This document shows positions 35,730 to 43,418 of a DNA stretch of 64,000 nucleotides, piece by piece. Position 1 is the first letter of the stretch. Every line of letters starts with the position of its first letter. Both the position numbers and the translations under genes were made by a program. The DNA comes from Planctomycetota bacterium. GTDB lineage: Bacteria > Planctomycetota > UBA1135 > UBA2386. The stretch is from NCBI GenBank assembly GCA_020425925.1, contig JAGQRB010000534.1, positions 64-64,063 of the forward strand. Direction: 5' to 3'. Under the pieces are notes generated by a model that saw only the letters and a program-made list of their open reading frames with translations, was not told the DNA's origin and made no database searches.

Positions 35730-36356
35730 TCAGCGGAAGCGCCGCACGACGCCGCGCACGACGCCCCGGACCTGCACGTTGTCGGTGTAGATCGGCTCCA
35801 TGCTGGCGTTCGCCGGTTGCAGCCGGATCAGGCCGTTGCGCTCGCGGTAGAAGCGCTTCAGCGTCGCCTCCTCGCCGTCGAGGATCGCCACCACGATGTC
35901 GCCGTCGTTGGCATGCTCGCGGCGCTCGACGACGACGAGGTCGCCGTCGTCGATGTGGTCGTCGATCATCGACTTGCCGCGCACGCGCAGCAGGTAGATG
36001 CGGTCGCCGGTCGGCACGAGGTCGGTCAGGCTGACGTCCTCGCGATCCTCGAGCGCCTCGATCGGCCGACCCGCCGCGATCGTGCCGACCAGCGGCAGCG
36101 ACGGCACGGCCAGCTCGGGAACCTCGTCGGCGCCCGCGTCGGGATCGTGGAGGATCGCAACGGCCCGCGCCTTGGCCCGGTCGCGATGGATCGCGCCCTT
36201 CCGGGTCAGCTGGTTGAGGTGCTCGTGGATGGTGATCTTGCTGACGCCGAGCGCTTTCGCGGCTTCGTCCAACGTCGGCGAGATGCCGCGTTCGCGGCGG
36301 TAGTCACGGAAGTAGCGCAGAACTCGAATCTGCTTCTCCGTAAGCAACAACTCCAT
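35730..36356 (-). CDS. lexA: LexA repressor
   Basis: ATG 36356 (MELLLTEKQIRVLRYF...). wHTH LGVSKITIHEHLNQLTRKGAI. Cleavage/peptidase region GTIAAGRPIEA, RVRGKSMIDD, ATLKRF. The ORF-track start at 36482 is an extension. Confidence 0.9.
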   Translation of the reverse strand: MELLLTEKQIRVLRYFRDYRRERGISPTLDEAAKALGVSKITIHEHLNQLTRKGAIHRDRAKARAVAILHDPDAGADEVPELAVPSLPLVGTIAAGRPIEALEDREDVSLTDLVPTGDRIYLLRVRGKSMIDDHIDDGDLVVVERREHANDGDIVVAILDGEEATLKRFYRERNGLIRLQPANASMEPIYTDNVQVRGVVRGVVRRFR

Positions 36357-36390
36357 GGCAGGCCCTCCCTGGGACACACGAGCGAGTAGA

Positions 36391-36414
36391 GGTTCAGGCG
36401 AACAAAGCCAGAAC
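36391..36414 (-). promoter_or_regulatory. Candidate LexA operator (GTTC-N4-GAAC palindrome overlapping a GAAC-N7-GAAC direct repeat)
   Basis: GGTTCAGGCGAACA at 36391-36404 and GAACAAAGCCAGAAC at 36400-36414, 35-58 nt upstream of the lexA ATG. Confidence 0.4.
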
Positions 36415-36780
36415 GACGAATGCGGCGATGAGGATACACGACGCCGCCAGCTCGAGGGAATGCCGAATCCTTTTGGCAACAAATGCTTGGGCAGCTTCCT
36501 CCGCTTCCGGGTCGCGCGCCTGGCGAATGCGGACGACAGCCGTTGCCACTCCGAGGCGCGGCCTCGGGGCGGTATCCAGGACCAGGGGACGCGAAGTGAA
36601 GGGCAGCGGGCGTTGGGCGGCGAACCTCATCGTGAGACCTCGTTCGGTTTCGGTTCGTGTGAAGTTAGCCAGATGTTCACCTAACGCAACCCGAAACTGT
36701 GGAATACCCGGGGGGTCGCTCCAGTGCCGACGGGGGATGGACGAAATCTTCCGCGTGCGGAACAGTTGAACACGCCGCTG

Positions 36781-37362
36781 ATGCGGTCTCCGGCATCCCA
36801 ACGCAGGCTCAGGTTGGCCCGTCCCACTGACGAACTCCGAGCGGACCACGCCGCCGTCGAAGCCGGGCTCGCGGTGCTCGCCGGCATCGGCGCGCACGTG
36901 CGCGCCGGCGGCCGATTCCCCGCCCTCGATACCGCGGTCGTGCTGCGGTTCCTGCGCGAGTTCGTGGTCGGCGTGCACTTCCGCCGCGAGAACGAGATCG
37001 TCTGGCCGGCGATGGCGATGCGCGCGTGCAATGCGACCGCCGCGGCGGTCGGCGAGCTGATGCGCGCGCAGGACGAGGCGCACGATCTGATCCAGAGCCT
37101 GGTGTTCTTCTGGGAGCCGGTCGGCGAGCTCACCGACGACGAGTGTCGCGGCTTCGCCGACACCGTCGACGCGCTGCGGACCGCGATGCAGCACCTGCAG
37201 ACGAACGAAGAGGCGATGTTCGACGACTGCGAGGCGACCGTGCCGCCCGACGATCAGCTCGACTGGCGCGCGCAGTTCCGTGCGCTCGAGACCGGCCGGA
37301 CGCCGCGCACGACCTGGGAACGCGAGCTGCGTCGGCTGGCGCAGGCCTGGACGGCGGCCTAG
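36781..37362 (+). CDS. Hemerythrin-like (HHE cation-binding) domain protein
   Basis: ATG 36781. LRADHAAVEAGL, VHFRRENEIVWP, DEAHDLIQSL, MQHLQTNEEAMF match the repeated H/E-x3-E helix pattern of hemerythrin-like domains. Confidence 0.6.
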   Translation: MRSPASQRRLRLARPTDELRADHAAVEAGLAVLAGIGAHVRAGGRFPALDTAVVLRFLREFVVGVHFRRENEIVWPAMAMRACNATAAAVGELMRAQDEAHDLIQSLVFFWEPVGELTDDECRGFADTVDALRTAMQHLQTNEEAMFDDCEATVPPDDQLDWRAQFRALETGRTPRTTWERELRRLAQAWTAA

Positions 37363-37505
37363 CCCGCGCGACCCGACGTTCGCATTGCTCGCGGCTGCTG
37401 CCTTGTCATCGTGCGGTCGGTCCGGACAATGACCCCCGGTCACCACCGCGAAAACCCGAGCCGGTCAGCTCGCGCGGTGTCGCGTTTGCACAGAGAGGCT
37501 GCCAG

Positions 37506-38153
37506 ATGATCCTGAAGCTCACCCGCCCGCTCGTATTCCTGGACTTCGAAACCACCGGGCTCGACACCGAGAACGACCGCATCGTCGAGCTCGCCTTCGT
37601 GCGGTTGCTGCCCGACGGCAGCCGCGAATCCCTGGTGCAGCGGGTCAATCCGGGCATCGAGCTCAGCAAGGGCGCGACCAAGGTCACCGGCATCCACACG
37701 ATGGACGCGACCGGCCTGTTCTGGGGCCCGCCGCTGCGCAAGTGCGCCGACAAGCTGCTCGAGTTCCTCGGCGACAGCGACATCGCGGGCTTCAACCAGC
37801 TCGGCTTCGACATGCCGTTGTGGGAGGTCGAGTGTCGGCGCCACGGCATCCCGTTCGACCCGAACGGCCGCCACCAGGTCGACGTCAAGGTCATCTTCAA
37901 CGTGCTGGAGACCGGCTGGGACCGTTTCCTCATGGGCCCGCGCAACCTGACCGCCGCCGTGAGGCACTACTGCGGCCGCGAGCTGCAGGGCGCGCACGGC
38001 GCCGAGGCCGACACCCAGGCGACGGTCGACGTGCTGCTCGCCCAGCTGCAGCGCTACCCCGATCTGCCGCGCGACGTGCCCGGCCTGTCGCGCTGGTGCA
38101 CGCAGAACCTGCGCGAGCAGGAAGCGCAGTCGCAGCAGGCCGGCGGCGCATGA
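37506..38153 (+). CDS. DnaQ-like 3'-5' exonuclease (DEDD family)
   Basis: ATG 37506. ExoI motif LVFLDFETTGLD, then IAGFNQLGFDMPLWEVE and GAHGAEADTQATVDVL (ExoIII H-x4-D). Confidence 0.8.
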   Translation: MILKLTRPLVFLDFETTGLDTENDRIVELAFVRLLPDGSRESLVQRVNPGIELSKGATKVTGIHTMDATGLFWGPPLRKCADKLLEFLGDSDIAGFNQLGFDMPLWEVECRRHGIPFDPNGRHQVDVKVIFNVLETGWDRFLMGPRNLTAAVRHYCGRELQGAHGAEADTQATVDVLLAQLQRYPDLPRDVPGLSRWCTQNLREQEAQSQQAGGA

Positions 38154-38608
38154 GCGCGGGCGGAGCGGCCTGGCGCACCCGCCTGCGCTACCGCTTCGGC
38201 GACATCGACGACGCCGGCATCGCCTACTACCCGAAGCTGCTGCACTACTTCCACTGCGCCTTCGAGGACTGGTGGAGCGACGGCCTCGGACGGCCGTATC
38301 CGACGGTGCTGCACGAGGACAAGCTCGGGCTGCCGGCGGTGAAGCTCGAGGCCGAGTTCTTCGCGCCGGTGCGCTACGGCGACGAGCCGTGGGTCCATCT
38401 CGGTGTGCTGCGGATCGGCCGCTCGTCGGTCGAGTTCGCGTTCTGGATGACGCGCGGCGACGACCCGGCGCCGCTGTGTCGGATGCGGGTGATCACCGCC
38501 GCGGTCGACATGGACTCGATGCAGGGGCGGCCGCTGCCGGATGTGTGGCGTGAGCGGTTCGCGGCGTTCGCGATCGCGGAGGCGGAGTTTCCGAGCGGGC
38601 GGTCATGA
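38150..38608 (+). CDS. Acyl-CoA thioesterase, 4HBT / YbgC-like hotdog fold
   Basis: ATG 38150 overlaps the exonuclease stop (ATGA). RYRFGDIDDAGIAYYPKLLHYFHCAFEDWW and LEAEFFAPVRYGDE are typical of 4HBT thioesterases. Confidence 0.75.
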   Translation: MSAGGAAWRTRLRYRFGDIDDAGIAYYPKLLHYFHCAFEDWWSDGLGRPYPTVLHEDKLGLPAVKLEAEFFAPVRYGDEPWVHLGVLRIGRSSVEFAFWMTRGDDPAPLCRMRVITAAVDMDSMQGRPLPDVWRERFAAFAIAEAEFPSGRS

Positions 38609-40704
38609 GGCCGTCTGCGGTCGCGTGCGCGGGTGCGCTGCTGGTCGTCCCGTTGCTCGCTCAGCAGAGCCGCCGCGGCCTCGCCGACCTGCCCGAGCCG
38701 CGCGCGACGCGCGCGCTGCAGTTCTCGTCGTGGGACCGCGGCGGCGGCAACGAGGACACCGGCAACTTCCTGCGCGTCGAGCCCGACGGTACGCGCGTGC
38801 TCGCCGAGGTCGACGGACCGGGCCGCGTGGTGCGGATCTGGTCGGCCAATCCCGACGGAGCGCTGCGCATCGAGCTCGACGGCGAGGCGATCTTCGACGG
38901 GCCGTTCGCGCGGTTGTTCGACCAGACCCTGCCGCCGTTCGAACGGCCGCTCGCAGGTCGCTGGGGCGGCGGCTTCGTGAGCCACGTGCCGCTGCCGTTC
39001 GTGCGCAGCCTGCGCGTGACGTGCCCGCCGGGACCGGCGTTCTACTATCAGATCGGCGTCGAGCTCGGCGCGCAGGACGAGCGCTTCGCACTGCCACCCG
39101 GCCCGGTGGTGCGGCGTGACATCGCCGCGCTGGTTGCCGGCGCGCGAACGCGCGACGAGGGCAGCGTCGTGAGCCGGCGTGACGTCGAGGTCGGCGCTCG
39201 CTGCCCGCTGTTCGCTCGCGACGGCGCCGGCGAGCTGCTCGAGCTGCGGCTGGCGGTGCGGCACGGCGACGGCGATGGGCTCTGGCTCGAGGTCCGCTTC
39301 GAAGGCGCTGCCGAAGCCGCGGTCGCCGCACCCGTCGACGAGCTGTTCGCCACCTTGCCGACACAGCTCGGCGACCGCGAGACGCTGCGCTTGCCGATGC
39401 CGTTCCGCCGCCGCTGCGACGTCGCGCTCGTCGACCGCGCGCTGGACCGCACGGTGCCGGTGTTCGTCGACTTCGACGCGGTGTTCCGCGAGCTGCCGCC
39501 GGACCACGAGCGGCTCTGGCTGCACGCCGAGTGGCATCGGGCGCCGACCGTGTGGGGCGAACCGTTCCGCGCGCTCGATACGACCTGCCGCGGCCACTTC
39601 GTCGGACTGATCGCACGGTTGCACGGCGGCAGCGGCCACGGCCTGAGCTTCCTCGAGGGCGACGAGACGATCGCGGTCGACGGCGAGGTCGCGTTCCGCG
39701 GCACCGGCACCGAGGACTTCTTCTCCGGAGCCTGGTACTTCCGCAGCGGGACCTTCCGCGCGCCGTTCCACGCGTTGTCGGAGCTCGACCCGGATGGCGA
39801 GCGCGTCGCCGTATCGCGCTTCTTCGTCGCCGATCCGATCCCGTTCCGCTCGTCGTTCCGCTTCGATCTCGAGCACGGCGGCCAGAACGACACCCCCGGC
39901 GCCGACTACCGCACGATCGCATTCTGGTACTCGGATTCGCCGGCCGGTGCCGCGATCGACGAAGGGCGTCGGCCCGCGACCGCGGCGCGCACGACGATCA
40001 CGCAGCCGGCCGCGCTGCGTTGGCCCGCCCACACGACCGCGGCGGCGGGCACGACGTTGCCGGCCGGCGAGCTCACGCTGCCGCGAGACTCGGTCGTCAC
40101 GCTCTACCACCGCGGCCGCACGGTCCTCGGACCCGTCTGGCTCGAAGGCGACGCGGCCGCAGCCGAGATCGTCGCCCCGCTCGCGGTCGACCGCGTGCGC
40201 ATCGAGCCGATCCTGCCCGCGATCCGCGCCTGGCGCATCGCCGGACCGTTCCCCGGCGGCGACCGCAAGGGTCTCGATCGCACGTTCGGCCCCGAGCAGA
40301 ACGCCGACGGCGACCGGCGCTACGACGACATCGTCGGCGACGGCGAGCGCGGCTGGCGCGACCTGCCGAACCGGCCGTGGCCGGTCGGCTACGTCGATCT
40401 GAATCCGCTGTTCGCGCCGAACGACGAGGTCGTCGCGTTCGCGGTCACCGAGATCGAATCGCCGCGCGCGCAGGACGGTGTCTTGTGGCTCGGCAGCGAC
40501 GACGCGGTGCGCGTGTTCCTGAACGGCGCGCCGATCCACGAGCACCGCGGCCTGCGCGGCGCGGCGCGCGACCAGGACCGCGTCGAGGTGCACCTGCGGC
40601 AGGGTCGCAATCGCCTGATGCTCGAGGTCGAGGACTACTTCGGCGGCTTCGGGTTGTTCGCGCGCATCGAAGGGGCCGAGGGGCTGACGTTCGCCGCGCG
40701 CTGA
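38605..40704 (+). CDS. Secreted DUF2961 (GH172-type) domain protein with an extra C-terminal jelly-roll domain
   Basis: ATG 38605 overlaps the thioesterase stop (ATGA). Signal peptide AVACAGALLVVPLLAQ. Hallmark FSSWDRGGGNEDTGNF...GPGRVVRIWSANP. Confidence 0.75.
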   Translation: MRPSAVACAGALLVVPLLAQQSRRGLADLPEPRATRALQFSSWDRGGGNEDTGNFLRVEPDGTRVLAEVDGPGRVVRIWSANPDGALRIELDGEAIFDGPFARLFDQTLPPFERPLAGRWGGGFVSHVPLPFVRSLRVTCPPGPAFYYQIGVELGAQDERFALPPGPVVRRDIAALVAGARTRDEGSVVSRRDVEVGARCPLFARDGAGELLELRLAVRHGDGDGLWLEVRFEGAAEAAVAAPVDELFATLPTQLGDRETLRLPMPFRRRCDVALVDRALDRTVPVFVDFDAVFRELPPDHERLWLHAEWHRAPTVWGEPFRALDTTCRGHFVGLIARLHGGSGHGLSFLEGDETIAVDGEVAFRGTGTEDFFSGAWYFRSGTFRAPFHALSELDPDGERVAVSRFFVADPIPFRSSFRFDLEHGGQNDTPGADYRTIAFWYSDSPAGAAIDEGRRPATAARTTITQPAALRWPAHTTAAAGTTLPAGELTLPRDSVVTLYHRGRTVLGPVWLEGDAAAAEIVAPLAVDRVRIEPILPAIRAWRIAGPFPGGDRKGLDRTFGPEQNADGDRRYDDIVGDGERGWRDLPNRPWPVGYVDLNPLFAPNDEVVAFAVTEIESPRAQDGVLWLGSDDAVRVFLNGAPIHEHRGLRGAARDQDRVEVHLRQGRNRLMLEVEDYFGGFGLFARIEGAEGLTFAAR

Positions 40705-40717
40705 AAACGCCGAACGA

Positions 40718-41497
40718 TCAGGGCAACCGGAAGTCGCGCGGGAAGTAGCCGGCCGGATCGATCGCCTCGACGCCGAACACCTCGGTGACACGCGCCGCCG
40801 CGAGCACCGATTCGGGCGGCCCCGACGCGTCGATGCGGCCGCCGTGCAGCAGCGCGACGCGATCGCACTGCGGCGCGACCAGGTTGAGCTCGTGCGACGC
40901 GACCAGCACGCCGTGGCCCGCATCGGCGACGCGCCGCAGCAGCGCCACCAGCTGCAGCGCGTGCTCGAGATCGAGGTTGGCGAACGGCTCGTCGAGCAGC
41001 ATCAGCGGGGCCTCGGTCGCCAGCGCGCGCGCCACCGCGATACGACGCTGCTCACCGCCCGACAGCGTCGTGATCGGGCGATCGCAGAACGCGGCGGCAT
41101 CGACGGCGGCGAGCGCGCGTTCGACCGCGAGCTCGTCGTCGTGCCGCAGGCCCGCGCCGCGCGGCAGGTGTGGGTAGCGCCCCATCGCGACGAGCTGCCG
41201 GCCGGTGAACTCGAACGGGGTCTCGCTGCTCTGCTCGACGAACGCGAGCGACCGAGCGCGGGCGTGGGGTTCCCATTCGGCGATCGGACGGTCGCCGAGC
41301 GTGACGGTCCCGGCACCCGGCGGCTCGGCGCCGAGCAGCAGCCGCAGCAGGGTCGTCTTGCCGGCGCCGTTGCGGCCCGCGAGCAACACGAGCTCGCCGG
41401 GCCCGAGCGCGAAGTCGACACCGGCGAGAATCGTCCGCTCGCCGCGCTGCAGCGTGAGCCCGCGCCCGGTCACTCCGGTGCCGACGACGGCACTCAC
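40718..41497 (-). CDS. ABC transporter ATP-binding protein (iron-chelate / haem / B12 FecE-HmuV-BtuD type)
   Basis: GTG 41497 overlaps the permease stop (GTGA). Walker A GRNGAGKTTLL, signature LSGGEQRR, Walker B LMLLDEP. Confidence 0.9.
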   Translation of the reverse strand: MSAVVGTGVTGRGLTLQRGERTILAGVDFALGPGELVLLAGRNGAGKTTLLRLLLGAEPPGAGTVTLGDRPIAEWEPHARARSLAFVEQSSETPFEFTGRQLVAMGRYPHLPRGAGLRHDDELAVERALAAVDAAAFCDRPITTLSGGEQRRIAVARALATEAPLMLLDEPFANLDLEHALQLVALLRRVADAGHGVLVASHELNLVAPQCDRVALLHGGRIDASGPPESVLAAARVTEVFGVEAIDPAGYFPRDFRLP

Positions 41498-42510
41498 AGC
41501 GTCCGCCCGCGGCGATGCCGCGCCAGCAGGAAGAGGAAGTAGGGCGCACCGAGCGTCGCCGTGACGACCCCGAGCCGCAGATTGACGTCGGGCGGCACGG
41601 CGCGGCAGAGCATGTCGCTCAGCACCAGCAGCAGTGCGCCCGCGAGTGCCGAGCTCGGCAGCAGGACCCGGTGCGACGGCCCGACGACGAGACGGGCGAG
41701 ATGAGGCACGACGAGACCGACGAACGCGATGCCGCCGGTGTTCGACACCGTCGCGGCGGTAAGTCCGCACGCCAGCCACAGCAGCCGCCGGCGCACGCGC
41801 GGAGCGTCGACGCCGAGACTGTGCGCGCTGTCGTCGCCGAGCGTCAGCAGGTCGAGGTCGCGTGCGCGCGGCACGATGCCGAGCGCGAACACGACGAAGC
41901 CTGCCGCGGTGATCAACGCGTGGCTCCACGTCCGACCCTCGAGCCCGCCCATCAGCCAGTAGAGCACCTCGGAGTTCGCCTGGTAGCTGTCGAACGTGAA
42001 GGTGACCGCGAACGAGGTCAGCGCCCCGACCAGCGTGTTGAGCGCGATGCCGGCGAGCAGCAGGCTCGCGACCGAGAAGCGGCCGTGCGTACCCGCGAGC
42101 GCGAACACCAGCCAGGTGACGGCGACCGCGCCACCGAACGACGCGAGCGGGGTCGCCAGCACGTGCGAGCTCGCGATGCCGGCGACGATCGCGAGCGCAC
42201 CGCCGAACGCGGCGCCGGCCGACGTGCCGACGACGTCGGGCGACGCGAGCGGGTTCCGGAACGCCGCCTGCATGGTCGCGCCGGCGAGTGCCAGCGCGCC
42301 GCCGGCGAAGAGCGCGACGATCAGCCGCGGTGCGCGGATCTGGCCGAGGATGAACCCATCGACGAGATCGGCGCGACCGAGTGCCCAGTCGACGACCCCG
42401 CCGAAGCCGGGGCCTGGCCCGATGCCGAGATAGATCACGCCGACGATCGCGAGACCGACGAGCAGCAGGGCGAGCACGCCGCGTGGCGACCTGGTCACTT
42501 CGGCCCCCAT
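41494..42510 (-). CDS. FecCD-family ABC permease
   Basis: ATG 42510. RAPRLIVALFAGGALALAGATMQAAFRNPLASPDVVGTSAGAAFG is the family hallmark. About 9-10 TM segments. Confidence 0.9.
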   Translation of the reverse strand: MGAEVTRSPRGVLALLLVGLAIVGVIYLGIGPGPGFGGVVDWALGRADLVDGFILGQIRAPRLIVALFAGGALALAGATMQAAFRNPLASPDVVGTSAGAAFGGALAIVAGIASSHVLATPLASFGGAVAVTWLVFALAGTHGRFSVASLLLAGIALNTLVGALTSFAVTFTFDSYQANSEVLYWLMGGLEGRTWSHALITAAGFVVFALGIVPRARDLDLLTLGDDSAHSLGVDAPRVRRRLLWLACGLTAATVSNTGGIAFVGLVVPHLARLVVGPSHRVLLPSSALAGALLLVLSDMLCRAVPPDVNLRLGVVTATLGAPYFLFLLARHRRGRTL

Positions 42511-43403
42511 CCGGCCAGCGCATCCTGCAGTGCGGCGACGGCGTCGACGAGGTGGTGCGACGTCGTGCCGAGCAGCGCGGCATCGAGGAACACGATCTGG
42601 CCGCGCTGCACCGCCGGCAGCAGCTCGAAGCCCGGGACGCGATCGACCCACTTGCGTTCCTCGGCCGCGCTGTCGGCGCGCACCTCGATGACGAGCACCT
42701 GCGGTCGCCACGCCAGCACGCTCTCGGTGGTCATGATGCGGAACGGCCCGGCGCCCCGCTCGGCGGCGAGGTTGACGGCGCCGGCGGCGCACACCACCGC
42801 GTCGAACAGCGAGCCCCGACCGAGCGTGTGCAGGCCGCCGTCGAGGCTCATGAGCTCGAACTGCGCGAACTCGGCGCGGCGGGCAGCGAGCTCGGCGAGC
42901 CGCGCGTTCATCGCCGCGACCAGCCGTTCGGCCGCCGCTTCGAGCCGGCATGCCTCGCCGACGCGGCGCACGTTGGTCGCGATGTCTTCGAAGCTGCGCG
43001 GCGCCGGCACCAGCAGCACGGGCACCGCCGCGGACGCGAGGATCGCGAGCGTCTCGGGCTTGGTGAACGCATCGACGACCACGAGGTCGGGCCGCACCGC
43101 CAGCAGCTGCTCGGGCTCGGCGCCGACGCGCGGGAACCCCGCGACCTCCGCTGCGACCAGCGAGAACTTCGCGTTCGCCGCCAGCTCGTGGACCGCGGCG
43201 ATGCGCTCGCGCGGCGCGATCGCGAGCAGCGTCTCGGCCGCGAACACCGAGCCCGCGACGATGCGCCGCGGCGACCGCTCGGTCCGCACCGATGCCGGCT
43301 CGCCGCCGCCGCATGCCGCCAGCGCGAGGCCGCCCGCGAGCGCGGTCGCTGCCGTCCGGAAGATCACTGCCGCATCATTGCGCCGGCGGTGGGCCGTGGC
43401 CAC
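42495..43403 (-). CDS. Periplasmic binding protein (class 8, FecB/HmuT/BtuF-like) lipoprotein
   Basis: GTG 43403. Lipobox LALAAC followed by GGG. PDLVVVDAF and the two-lobe layout are typical. It overlaps the permease start by 16 nt. Confidence 0.8.
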   Translation of the reverse strand: MATAHRRRNDAAVIFRTAATALAGGLALAACGGGEPASVRTERSPRRIVAGSVFAAETLLAIAPRERIAAVHELAANAKFSLVAAEVAGFPRVGAEPEQLLAVRPDLVVVDAFTKPETLAILASAAVPVLLVPAPRSFEDIATNVRRVGEACRLEAAAERLVAAMNARLAELAARRAEFAQFELMSLDGGLHTLGRGSLFDAVVCAAGAVNLAAERGAGPFRIMTTESVLAWRPQVLVIEVRADSAAEERKWVDRVPGFELLPAVQRGQIVFLDAALLGTTSHHLVDAVAALQDALAGWGPK

Positions 43404-43418
43404 CGTTCGGAGCGCGCT

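Noticed and set aside
36355-36684. 109-aa plus-strand ORF in the lexA upstream spacer
   Set aside because: The translation has an odd composition, with no start context and no motif. It is most likely chance in an intergenic region.
40718-42583. Upstream extensions in the ORF track that merge a real gene with preceding sequence (for example 40718-42583, 41494-43314, 43419-46802, 55149-56855, 57664-60087, 50949-53513, 53341-55578, 27012-28166, 29276-30634)
   Set aside because: The extended N-termini are Arg-rich nonsense that overlaps the upstream gene. Internal starts give signal peptides or family-typical N-termini and create GTGA/ATGA junctions with the upstream stop.
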